Shown here piece after piece: positions 55,627 to 64,000 of a stretch of 64,000 nucleotides of DNA. The stretch is taken from contig JBDRGF010000141.1 of NCBI GenBank assembly GCA_043818055.1, positions 22,119-86,118 on the forward strand, read 5' to 3'. The notes under the pieces were generated by a model that did not search any database, was not told the origin of the DNA, and was given only the letters and a program-made list of their open reading frames with translations. Each line of letters starts with the position of its first letter. Position 1 is the first letter of the stretch. The stretch comes from Pseudomonadota bacterium. GTDB taxonomy: Bacteria > UBA10199 > 2-02-FULL-44-16 > JBDRGF01. The position numbers and the translations under genes are program-made.

Positions 55627-56423
55627 CGACATCCTGTGATAAATTTATTAAACCAAAGAATATCGATTCCTCCAGAAGTGCTTATGAGTGGTGGTTGAAA
55701 CGAAGTTTAAATATCGAGACACCAGTTGCAGATGTAGGTAGTAACGGGTTGAATATCTCCATTTTTCAGGATGCAACACTGTTAACACGTTTTAAGAGAA
55801 AAATTTCAAAAAATCCTCTACTTCTCAGACATTTTAATCAGAAGGTGCTGGGGTTCGTCAACGATTTCAGAAATGATCTCAACAAAGATGGTAATAAAAA
55901 TATTATAACTAAAAGCGAAGTCAGTGCTTTGGCTAAGGATATAAAGTCCCAAAATGCAGGCGATGTTATCGTCGATCTCTCAGCGGTGATATATCTCATT
56001 AAAAATATCAATAGGATTGATTCACGACGGCTTCAAAAAGCCAGCACGATGCGTGAGGCCTATCTCGCTTTTCATTACTCCGGAAAAAAGTTGGTGCCCG
56101 ATTCGGTTTCGCGGCAAAGTTACAACCCGAAAATGATTGGTTGCTTTCTTGGTATGACGAAGTCCAACCCCAAATTAACACGTAACTGGAGGAGGGTTGA
56201 GAGATGTGTCCTTAACGGAACAGAACGCGCCTCCTTCCATGCACTTTTCAAAGCGCTGCAGCCTAAAATTAAAAAACCTCCTGTAATCAAACAAATCAAA
56301 AAAACATTACCAAAAACCAAGACGAAAAAGGTGAGTTGGGGTAGGAGATCGTTTGGTCTTGTATTAGCATTTTTAGCACTACCATTAGCAATCCCCCTAA
56401 TCATTTACAAGTTGTTTAAATAA
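55623..56423 (+). CDS. Orphan tail-anchored protein (single C-terminal TM helix)
   Basis: ATGA start/stop overlap with the upstream gene. C-terminal FGLVLAFLALPLAIPLIIY follows the basic stretch KKTLPKTKTKK. Confidence 0.55.
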   Translation: MTTSCDKFIKPKNIDSSRSAYEWWLKRSLNIETPVADVGSNGLNISIFQDATLLTRFKRKISKNPLLLRHFNQKVLGFVNDFRNDLNKDGNKNIITKSEVSALAKDIKSQNAGDVIVDLSAVIYLIKNINRIDSRRLQKASTMREAYLAFHYSGKKLVPDSVSRQSYNPKMIGCFLGMTKSNPKLTRNWRRVERCVLNGTERASFHALFKALQPKIKKPPVIKQIKKTLPKTKTKKVSWGRRSFGLVLAFLALPLAIPLIIYKLFK

Positions 56424-56432
56424 AAGATTATT

Positions 56433-58262
56433 ATGAGACCGATAATTAAAACATCGACGAATTTTCAACACTCATTTTCTCCGACTAAGACTCGAGATAT
56501 TCCCTCTGTCATTCCCGCGGAGGCCTCAAGTCATGCGACGGGGCAATCGGAAATCCGGTATCCTATAGTTCGGTCGACGACAACGTTGGATCCTTATCTA
56601 CATAGTGATGACAAACTTGGGGTTTTTCGTGTTCAGTATGCCGAATCGAACACTTCAGTCCAAAGTAGCGCCTATGCAACACTCCTCTCAGGTGCTATGT
56701 TATTTGGACAAACGAGCACTGATAAATTTTGGGACTTGATGGAGGATCCCGGCTTTTGGGTTTACTGTGGCGTAGGCATAATTATCGAGTTAGCTGTTGC
56801 TGGTTATATTATAGCCAAAAGAAGAACAAAGAAAGCTGAAGCAGCAAAACCTTTGGAAGAGGGACCAGAACCACAGACTCTAGAGGATATCAATTCTGAT
56901 GGCCCTCATATTCCAGTAGTTGTACTCCCAAAAAACGTTCTTGATGAAGCATCAACAGGGCTTCACCGTGAGACTGGCTTAGCAATTCAAGGTATTGCAC
57001 CGGAAGATTATCCTGAGGAACAAACCTTTCAAACATATTCATTATCTGCAGCTATGGGACAGCCTTCTTCTATACCTCCTTCTGAATATGTTGTAGAAGA
57101 ACATACACTTGAAGGAGTTGCTCTTGCAGACGTTGCTGCTCCTGTAATGGATGATGGTCTCACAGTTCAGGGTGTTGTGAGCCCATTCGCTGAGGGAAAT
57201 ATAGAATGTCCAAGTTGTCAGACTGCTAATACTCCCGATAACAAATTTTGTTCAAAGTGCGAGTTTCCTCTTCGACTTTTGGATGGCAAATATCGCCTCG
57301 TAGAAAAAATAGGCGAAGGTGGAATGAGCGAGATATACAGGGCAGAGCATACTGAGTTTAAAAGAAATCTTGCACAAGCAGCCAATGGAGGCGCTCGCTC
57401 TGTATTGGGGGAGGGAGCCTATACTCGTGTCATCAAGGTTATGAAGTTAGATTCTATGGACACAAGTGCGGCAAAGATGTCACGGGCAAAAATTGTTGAG
57501 GATTCATTTAGAAGCGAAGTTGCAACATTGAGTGCTCTTTCATCGAAGAGCCCTCATATCGTTCAGATACACGATGTTGGCTCGAGCTGGATTGGGCTCT
57601 ACTATGTCATGGAGTATCTACAGGGCGAGACCCTTTTTAATTTTGTTGATGCTCAAGGCAATGTTGTTTCTCTTCTTAGAGAAGGAAGGTTTCAGGAAGT
57701 ATTGGAACGAGTCGATCTTATAGCGCATATTTTGGAACAGATTTGTGATGCTCTCGCTGTCTGTCATAAGTTCAATGTGGCACATCGGGATCTTAAACTT
57801 GAGAATATCATGCTCCTCAAAAATGAACGGGATGATCATTTTGTTAAAGTAATAGATTTTGGCATAGCAGCAATTTTATCTCAAAAGGATGGAAATAAAC
57901 AATCTCCCATAGCATCAGGTACACCTGAGTATATGCCGATGGAACAATTGGGTGGAGAACCGGTTGTTCAATCCGATATTTATGCCCTTGGGGTTATTGT
58001 ATATCATCTTTTAACGGGTGGTTATCCAATCCCCAACGCAAGCGAGTTAGTAAAGAACCAACAAATTCTCTCATTGCTGACCGATCTTGCAAAGGAGCAT
58101 CAAAAGCCAGTTACAGAGTATGATGTGCGTTTTGAGCCCTTTATGGAATTGTTGAAAACGGCTTTTAAGACGAATTATACAGATAGACATCGAAATGTGG
58201 CTGAATTTATGTATGCGCTGAAGAGCGCCGTAGAGCGCTTTAAAGAGTCTTTGAAAAAATAG
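56433..58262 (+). CDS. Hanks-type Ser/Thr protein kinase with N-terminal region, TM helix and zinc ribbon preceding the kinase domain
   Basis: TM FWVYCGVGIIIELAVAGYIIA. Zinc ribbon CPSCQTANTPDNKFCSKCEFPL (57207-57260). Kinase motifs IGEGGMSEIY, VIKVMK, HRDLKLENIML, DFGIA and GTPEYMPME. Confidence 0.85.
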   Translation: MRPIIKTSTNFQHSFSPTKTRDIPSVIPAEASSHATGQSEIRYPIVRSTTTLDPYLHSDDKLGVFRVQYAESNTSVQSSAYATLLSGAMLFGQTSTDKFWDLMEDPGFWVYCGVGIIIELAVAGYIIAKRRTKKAEAAKPLEEGPEPQTLEDINSDGPHIPVVVLPKNVLDEASTGLHRETGLAIQGIAPEDYPEEQTFQTYSLSAAMGQPSSIPPSEYVVEEHTLEGVALADVAAPVMDDGLTVQGVVSPFAEGNIECPSCQTANTPDNKFCSKCEFPLRLLDGKYRLVEKIGEGGMSEIYRAEHTEFKRNLAQAANGGARSVLGEGAYTRVIKVMKLDSMDTSAAKMSRAKIVEDSFRSEVATLSALSSKSPHIVQIHDVGSSWIGLYYVMEYLQGETLFNFVDAQGNVVSLLREGRFQEVLERVDLIAHILEQICDALAVCHKFNVAHRDLKLENIMLLKNERDDHFVKVIDFGIAAILSQKDGNKQSPIASGTPEYMPMEQLGGEPVVQSDIYALGVIVYHLLTGGYPIPNASELVKNQQILSLLTDLAKEHQKPVTEYDVRFEPFMELLKTAFKTNYTDRHRNVAEFMYALKSAVERFKESLKK

Positions 58263-58336
58263 TATTTATTATTCTGAATCGCTGTTTTTTCCAGATCTCA
58301 ATTGATTTATTCCAGAAATAATTTTAATAAAGTCTG

Positions 58337-59137
58337 ATGAATTATCTCATCGATTACCACATCCACACAAGACTATCCAACGATTCAAATGCCGATCCGT
58401 TTGAAGTCTGCGAGGCTGCTGTCAAGGCTGGTTTAAACGAGATCGCTCTCACAGATCACTGCGAGTTCGGACCTAAATACCCCGGATTTGCCGATCACAA
58501 AGAATGTCAGAAAATATTGGAAGCATGCCGCTCTAAGTTTGGAGATAAATTGACGATCAGGGCCGGCATTGAGACAGGCGATGTTCATCTTTTCATGGAT
58601 AAGGTGAAGGATATCCTGAATGCCTTCGATTACGACTTCGTCATCGGCTCTGCACACTATGGATTTGGGCTGAAGCCTGCTTGGGAAAAGGAGTTCTTTG
58701 ATGTCGGAAGGAGAGAGGCCTTCGAGGGGTATTTCAAACAGGTGGATGTGCTGGCCAAGGTCGGCGATTTCGATATCTTAGGACATATCGATCTAATCAA
58801 ACGGGATGCCTTCAAACATGGCGTAGAATACGACGGCCCCAAACCTTACGAGCATATTATCCGCTCAATTTTAAAGAGCATAATAGAGCGGGGTAAGGGG
58901 CTAGAGATAAATACTTCTCCCCTGAGGCGCGGGCTTCAAGAGCCCTGTCCGGATCAGGAGATTTTAAAGTGGTATCATGAAATGGGAGGAAGCATCATAA
59001 CATTCGGATCAGATGCCCACAAACCGGCGGATGTCGGCGCCGACATTCGAAAGATGATGAGGCTCGCAAAATCGATCGGCTTCAAAACATTCGCAACATT
59101 TGAACGAAGGAAGTTAAAGCTGATTAAAATTTTCTGA
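58337..59137 (+). CDS. PHP-domain phosphatase, HisJ/histidinol-phosphatase family
   Basis: IDYHIHT N-terminal metal motif, LTDH, GSAHY, GHIDL and FGSDAH. Confidence 0.75.
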   Translation: MNYLIDYHIHTRLSNDSNADPFEVCEAAVKAGLNEIALTDHCEFGPKYPGFADHKECQKILEACRSKFGDKLTIRAGIETGDVHLFMDKVKDILNAFDYDFVIGSAHYGFGLKPAWEKEFFDVGRREAFEGYFKQVDVLAKVGDFDILGHIDLIKRDAFKHGVEYDGPKPYEHIIRSILKSIIERGKGLEINTSPLRRGLQEPCPDQEILKWYHEMGGSIITFGSDAHKPADVGADIRKMMRLAKSIGFKTFATFERRKLKLIKIF

Positions 59138-59148
59138 AAAGAAAAAAA

Positions 59149-59346
59149 GCGCATGTGGCATGTAGTTAAAATTAAACCCCCAGCCGGCTAAAAGCAATCA
59201 CCCCCTTCTGCCCTGCGCCATGTCATGCGACATGGCAAGGGCATCTTCCCCCGTCAAGGGGGCAGAGCACAAAGGAAAAGTCATTGGAGCCACCTTCCCC
59301 CTGCAAGCATGGGGAAGGGCGAATTACATGCCACATGCTACATGCG
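59149..59346. repeat. Composite nested element: GCGCATGTGGCATGTAG arm, long GGGGGAAGG module (inverted), TACATGCCACATGCTACATGCG arm
   Basis: The inner module 59198-59320 is the reverse complement of 53425-53547. By manual alignment, 72 nt carry a single mismatch and the rest is diverged. Confidence 0.85.
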
Positions 59347-59359
59347 ATTCTGGTTTTTC

Positions 59360-59755
59360 TCACGCTATCGCATTCAGAGCCTTTTCGATCTCCTTCGTTG
59401 CGATGACGATCCATGTCACACCTTCGTTGCCAGTCGTGGCGTAGCAGTAATCGACATTTACATTCGCATTTGCAAGATCGGCGGCTGCTCTGTTTAAGGA
59501 ACCAACCTCATTTTCTGTCTCAACTACTACCACATCTGAGATCGAAGCTTTAAACCCGGCCTTTTCAAGCGCCTCCAATGCCTTCGCGTTGTTGTCGGTG
59601 AGAATCATGAAGTGACCTTCTTTTTTTATGCCGTAGGCACAACATGCGTGCAGGTTGACGCCGGCCTCTGCAAGAGGGGATGTGATTTGTGCAAGCATCC
59701 CGGGTTGATTTTTCGTCTCAATATGCAACTCCGTCGATTTAAATACGCGTGTCAT
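59360..59755 (-). CDS. ACT-domain protein
   Basis: 131 aa. LHIETKNQPGMLAQITSPLAEAGVNL is an ACT beta-alpha-beta signature, and a second half-repeat is present. SD AAAGGAGAA. Confidence 0.65.
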   Translation of the reverse strand: MTRVFKSTELHIETKNQPGMLAQITSPLAEAGVNLHACCAYGIKKEGHFMILTDNNAKALEALEKAGFKASISDVVVVETENEVGSLNRAAADLANANVNVDYCYATTGNEGVTWIVIATKEIEKALNAIA

Positions 59756-59804
59756 AGGTTCTCCTTTCGATTTTAGGGAACAAAAATATCATCTGGTGTG
59801 ATAA

Positions 59805-59926
59805 AAGGCAAGGAACAAGGGACAAGTTGCCAGTAGCCAGGGTCAAGGAGCAGACTAAAATTCTTCTCTCTGGCCTCTTTTTTCTTGCTTCTGACTTCTT
59901 GCTTCTTGCTTCTTGTCCCCTGACCC
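59805..59926. repeat. Heptamer-periodic imperfect inverted repeat
   Basis: Left arm is AAGGCAA GGAACAA GGGACAA GTTGCCA GTAGCCA GGGTCAA GGAGCAG. Right arm is TTCTTGC TTCTGAC TTCTTGC TTCTTGC TTCTTGT CCCCTGA CCC. Confidence 0.75.
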
Positions 59927-59943
59927 TATAGATTACCCCAGCC

Positions 59944-62900
59944 ATGACTGAAAAATTTTTTCTAGGCATCGACCTCGGCTCGGTCTCTGTCAAACTCGCT
60001 ATCTGGAGCGATGAAGAGGGTTTGATTTACTCCTCATACGATCGCGTTGCGGGGGATGCCCAGCTTCGTCTTCAGGAGAGTTTAGATAGAGCTATTCAGC
60101 AGTTTCCCACACTCGAATTCAACTCGGTTGTAGCTACAGGTAGTGGCAGGGGGTTTGTTGGAGAGGCTTTGGGCGTTGGCACCGTCAACGAGATAACCGC
60201 TCAGGCGATGGCTGTTAGGAAACTTTACCCGGCAATACGTTCTGTTATCGAGATCGGTGGGCAGGATTCGAAACTCATTATCTTGTCCGATTCGACCGAG
60301 AAGGGTGTTCTCGATTTTCAGATGAATGAGCTGTGCGCCGCTGGCACAGGAGCTTTCCTCGATCGTCAGGCAGCACGGCTCGGTCTCAATATCTCAGAAT
60401 TTTCTCATCTCTCATTACAGTCGGAGCATCCTGTAACGATAGCCGGCAGATGTGCAGTATTTGCCAAATCGGATATGACCCATCATCAGCAGGAGGGAAG
60501 GGCTCTCTCCGATATTATCGCGGGATTGAACGATGCGCTGGCCAGAAGCTATCTCTCGAACGTGGTTCGCGGCAGAACATTGATGAAGCCTGTATCTTTT
60601 CAGGGGGGCGTTGCTGCCAATTTGGGACTGATCAAGAGCTTTAAACGGATATTGAATCTGAACGATGACGAGATAGTTGTGCCGAAGGAATATAGAGTTA
60701 TGGGCGCGACAGGTTGTGCCATATATTCCATAGAAAATTCAGATTCAAAAAAAGTTACATTGAAAGAGCTGATCGATCGCCTTAAGAACTATAGATCACA
60801 ACTTCTAAATAAAAAATCGCAGATCGAATCGAAGCAATTGGCAGAGGTGTCAGGCTCAGCTTTGGAACCCGATTTTAACAGGATGAAGGTTAGGGGTAGA
60901 TCTCTCGGCATCGATATAGGATCTGTCTCTGTGAAAATCATTTTGATAGACGAAAATGGAGTTGTGTTCGACGATTATCGCTATTCAAACGGCAAGCCCC
61001 TCGAAGTCTTGTCAGAGATGCTTTCACAGGCCGATCTAAATGATGTTCAAACTGTCGGCGTGACCGGAAGCGGAAGAAATCTGGTGGGAAAACTTGTCGG
61101 CGCCGATGTAATAAAAAACGAGATCACCGCTCAATCTCATGCTGTCATAACTCTATTTCCCGGGATCGATTCGATAATAGAGATCGGCGGTCAGGATGCA
61201 AAATTTATTCGAATTGAAAACGCCGCTGTTAGCGATTTTGTCATGAATCGCATCTGTGCCGCGGGCACAGGGGCTTTTTTGCAGGAGCAGGCCTCTCGTC
61301 TTCATATCGATTTGAATGAGGAGTTTTCAACGCGGGCATTCAACAGCCGCTCGCAATCAGATCTGGGTTCGAGATGTACTGTTTTCATGGAATCGGATCT
61401 CGTCTCCCATCAACAGCAGGGGGATTCGATAGATGATCTATGTGCCGGGCTCGCCTTCAGCATCGTCGATAATTATCTCGAGAAGGTGGTTGCGAGGAGT
61501 CGTTTCGGCTCTAAAATCATCTTCATAGGTGGTGTGGCAAGAAATCTCTCTGTCGTCAGCGCCTTTGAGAGTGAGCTGAATCTCAAAATCAGGACGTCAC
61601 GCATAGGTCATCTGACAGCTGCAATAGGTGTGGCGATTTTAGCTGCTGATAGCGCGGATATAGTCTCCATAAAAGTAGATCGCTATCTTGATCTCAAACA
61701 TCGTTTTCGAAATCTGGAATACTTTTTCTGTGAGGATTGCGACAACCGCTGCCGGATTATCCGTGTCAATGATGAGGGTGGCGCTACATTCGGCGGACGA
61801 TGCGGAAGATGGGATGAATCCAGGATAAAAATATCAAAACCTGAAAGTGAAAAAGACTCTTTAATCAGGAGGCGCAGTGCTTTGTTGGAGAGTTTTGCCA
61901 ATAATGTGGACTCCGTTTCGAGGAAGAGGGTTGGAATACCGAATGCTCTGCTCTATTTCGATAATTTTCCAGCCTGGGCAACTTTTTTTAATGAGATCGG
62001 GCTCAATGTGGTAGTCTCTCCTCCCACAAGTGAGGACATTTTAGCGGCCGGACAGGAGCATCTTGTGGTTGAGCCGTGTCTTCCAATGAAGGCGTATGTT
62101 GCGCATCTCGTCTGGCTCGATAAAAATGAGAAGCTCGACTATCTCTTCGTCCCATCCATAGTTGTATTAGGGAGGGACAAAAAGGGTCGCGAGACTCATC
62201 ATTGCCCATATATTCAATCGGCATATCAATTTGTTCGACCGGTTGTCAAAACACCCATTCTGAATCCAAAGATAAATTGGAGATGGCACCCTGAGGATGA
62301 GAAGAGGGAGATGATTAAACTCGGCATGAGCCTGGGTGCAAGCAAATCCCAATCCGAATCGGCGTGGGAAAGGGCATCCCAGGCGCTTCAAAAATTCAAG
62401 GATGAGTTGAGGAATGTCGGCGCAACTACCCTTAAACAAATGGGAAGTAATGAAAGAGTCTTTTTGCTCCTCGGTAAGGACTATAATTTGAACGACGCGA
62501 AGCTCAATTCCAATGTGGTGGATATATTGGAAAGGTGCGGAGAACGGGTTATAACGCAGGATATGCTGGTTGATGATGAGGCCAATTACGATAATGCCTA
62601 TCGTACAATGAATTGGACGCATGGTAAGGAGATGTTGAATGCCGCAACTATAGCTTCAAAGGATGACCGTATCATGCCGGTTTTGATAAGTAATTTTGGA
62701 TGTGGCCCCGATTCATTTACACTCAGATATCTACAGGAGATCTTATCAGGCCGCCCCTTTTTGTATCTTGAAGTCGATGAGCATGCCTCAAGCGTTGGGA
62801 TGGAGACAAGGATAGAGGCCTTTTTGGATAGCCTAAAATCGAATGTGCCTTCTGCACAAATAGGACCGACTACTTTTATACCACCAATGGGTATAAAAAG

Positions 62901-64000
62901 AGTGATTATGACTAACTTCTCATTGCATGGATACGCCTTTGCTGCCTCTCTCAGTATGATGGGTTTCGAGTCGATTCTTGCGCCGCTCCCCGATGAGGAG
63001 TCATATAATCTCGCTTCGAACTATCTGACAGGGGGAGAGTGCCATCCATTTGCACTGATGCTCGGTGATTTTCTAAAGATAGTCAGGTCGGGTAAAATTG
63101 ACATGACAGATACGTGTTACCTCGTGCCTGAGCCGAATTCATGTAGAATGGGACAGTTCGGCACCTACATGCGTATGATTGCGAGGGAGGCGGGAATAAA
63201 GGTTCCAATTTTTACAAGAATCGAGGATCTGGCAGAATCCGGAGGGCTAAATTCAAAGACAGCTCATATGCAGTCTATTATGCTTTTTTGGGAGATGATG
63301 AGGAGCTGCGATTTTCTCTCACAAAAATATTATGAGACCAGGGCGTATGAGAGAAATGGGGGCGATACAGATAAGGCTCTCAAGGATGTTCATGATATTT
63401 TGGAGGAATCGATAAAGAGTGGGAAGCCCAAGGCCGGGATAACCAGAGCCTTGAAGAGGTTTGAATCTGTAGAATCGGATAGATCGAGGCAACTCATTTC
63501 AATTGGTATCACAGGTGATTACTATACTCGTGTTTGCGATTTTGCGAATTCTAATATCTTTAAGGATCTGGAACGAATGGGTGGAAAGGTGATGTTGCCC
63601 TCCACCATGACCGATTTTGTGAAGTACGATATCTCCTGCAGGGTGCGTCAGGCCTTCTACCTGAAGAAAGCCAGGGCTTTACTTCAAAATCTGGCGATCA
63701 AGGGAGTAGTTAGATATAAGGAGATCATGGCTTTCAGGGCGTTTGAAGGGCACCTCGATTATGATGTACCCATGTCACCAGATAAATACTCCAAAAGAAG
63801 TGAAGAATTTATCTCTTCAAAGATGCATTGCGATCTCGTAGGGGCGACTGCAGCTATACTGGAGCAGATAGACAACGGCGCTAAGGGAATTCTGAACCTG
63901 ATCACTTTCCAATGTACATACGGCACTATTATAGAGGCGATTCTGAAAAATATGGATAAAGCATATCCAGATATTCCAAAGTTAACGCTCATCTTCGAAG
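59944..64000 (+). CDS. Fused double BcrAD/BadFG-type ATPase (activase) + DUF2229-like + 2-hydroxyacyl-CoA dehydratase-like protein, 3' end beyond window
   Basis: I translated frame 1 from ATG 59944 to base 64000 and met no stop. It shows two actin-fold ATPase repeats (GIDLGSVSVK...EIGGQDSK...MNELCAAGTGAFL and GIDIGSVSVK...EIGGQDAK...MNRICAAGTGAFL). A Cys cluster CEDCDNRCRI...GGRCGRWD follows. A dehydratase-like C-terminal part then follows (FGCGPDSF...EVDEHA). Confidence 0.85.
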   Translation, partial: MTEKFFLGIDLGSVSVKLAIWSDEEGLIYSSYDRVAGDAQLRLQESLDRAIQQFPTLEFNSVVATGSGRGFVGEALGVGTVNEITAQAMAVRKLYPAIRSVIEIGGQDSKLIILSDSTEKGVLDFQMNELCAAGTGAFLDRQAARLGLNISEFSHLSLQSEHPVTIAGRCAVFAKSDMTHHQQEGRALSDIIAGLNDALARSYLSNVVRGRTLMKPVSFQGGVAANLGLIKSFKRILNLNDDEIVVPKEYRVMGATGCAIYSIENSDSKKVTLKELIDRLKNYRSQLLNKKSQIESKQLAEVSGSALEPDFNRMKVRGRSLGIDIGSVSVKIILIDENGVVFDDYRYSNGKPLEVLSEMLSQADLNDVQTVGVTGSGRNLVGKLVGADVIKNEITAQSHAVITLFPGIDSIIEIGGQDAKFIRIENAAVSDFVMNRICAAGTGAFLQEQASRLHIDLNEEFSTRAFNSRSQSDLGSRCTVFMESDLVSHQQQGDSIDDLCAGLAFSIVDNYLEKVVARSRFGSKIIFIGGVARNLSVVSAFESELNLKIRTSRIGHLTAAIGVAILAADSADIVSIKVDRYLDLKHRFRNLEYFFCEDCDNRCRIIRVNDEGGATFGGRCGRWDESRIKISKPESEKDSLIRRRSALLESFANNVDSVSRKRVGIPNALLYFDNFPAWATFFNEIGLNVVVSPPTSEDILAAGQEHLVVEPCLPMKAYVAHLVWLDKNEKLDYLFVPSIVVLGRDKKGRETHHCPYIQSAYQFVRPVVKTPILNPKINWRWHPEDEKREMIKLGMSLGASKSQSESAWERASQALQKFKDELRNVGATTLKQMGSNERVFLLLGKDYNLNDAKLNSNVVDILERCGERVITQDMLVDDEANYDNAYRTMNWTHGKEMLNAATIASKDDRIMPVLISNFGCGPDSFTLRYLQEILSGRPFLYLEVDEHASSVGMETRIEAFLDSLKSNVPSAQIGPTTFIPPMGIKRVIMTNFSLHGYAFAASLSMMGFESILAPLPDEESYNLASNYLTGGECHPFALMLGDFLKIVRSGKIDMTDTCYLVPEPNSCRMGQFGTYMRMIAREAGIKVPIFTRIEDLAESGGLNSKTAHMQSIMLFWEMMRSCDFLSQKYYETRAYERNGGDTDKALKDVHDILEESIKSGKPKAGITRALKRFESVESDRSRQLISIGITGDYYTRVCDFANSNIFKDLERMGGKVMLPSTMTDFVKYDISCRVRQAFYLKKARALLQNLAIKGVVRYKEIMAFRAFEGHLDYDVPMSPDKYSKRSEEFISSKMHCDLVGATAAILEQIDNGAKGILNLITFQCTYGTIIEAILKNMDKAYPDIPKLTLIFE

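Noticed and set aside
62167-62622. 151-aa minus-strand ORF, and similar short ORFs at 60333-60644, 61683-61901 and 63759-63992.
   Set aside because: All lie inside, out of frame with or antisense to the uninterrupted activase/dehydratase reading frame that starts at 59944.

Overview
This is a 64-kb chromosomal window from a moderately AT-leaning bacterium. Gene content hints at an anaerobe: a LL-DAP-aminotransferase-type lysine route and a fused BcrAD/BadFG-type activase-dehydratase protein. No rRNA genes, CRISPR arrays, integrases or phage structural genes were seen.

Housekeeping backbone:
- nusA (5'-truncated)-infB-rbfA-DHH phosphoesterase-truB-rpsO-pnp on the plus strand.
- coaE, a TPR protein, cca, a PpiD-like chaperone and rsmE on the minus strand.
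- leuS-holA, rpsT, an SLT transglycosylase, murJ and mazG.
- A translationally coupled lysC-asd-dapF-lysA-dapL operon.
- serA, an MtfA-like peptidase, an initiator-type tRNA-Met, an M29 aminopeptidase and a TMEM175-like channel.
- Adenine deaminase, an NCS2 permease and an FCY1-type deaminase.
- A PHP phosphatase, an ACT-domain protein, and a >1350-codon activase/dehydratase ORF (59944 to window end). The ORF track omits it because it has no stop codon inside the window.

Best candidates for an undescribed system:
1. 37165-39863: two tandem orphan phosphoribosyltransferase-module genes. The first is 752 aa with long helical extensions. A G8 tract sits between them, and one extra G would fuse them.
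2. 54289-58262: a tightly coupled three-gene operon. It encodes a beta-rich plus basic coiled-coil protein, a tail-anchored protein, and a Hanks kinase with reversed topology and a zinc ribbon. It lies in a 5.65-kb segment bracketed by inverted copies of a ~123-bp repeat.
3. 44737-50214: a divergent island of three large all-helical orphan proteins. A 14-nt x3 (AAN)-rich tandem repeat lies in one 5' UTR.

Other accessory loci:
- A DUF234-type ATPase behind a palindromic operator.
- A RayT/IS200-like Y1 transposase unit.
- A TLC-like transporter.
- A four-gene NTPase/membrane cluster.

The intergenic DNA is unusually structured. It contains a GGGGGAAGG double-hairpin REP-like family, GCGCATGTRGCATG palindromes that nest the former and supply C-terminal tails to truB and rsmE, and long imperfect palindromes built from degenerate heptamers.

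All functional calls come from motif recognition by eye. No database search was run.
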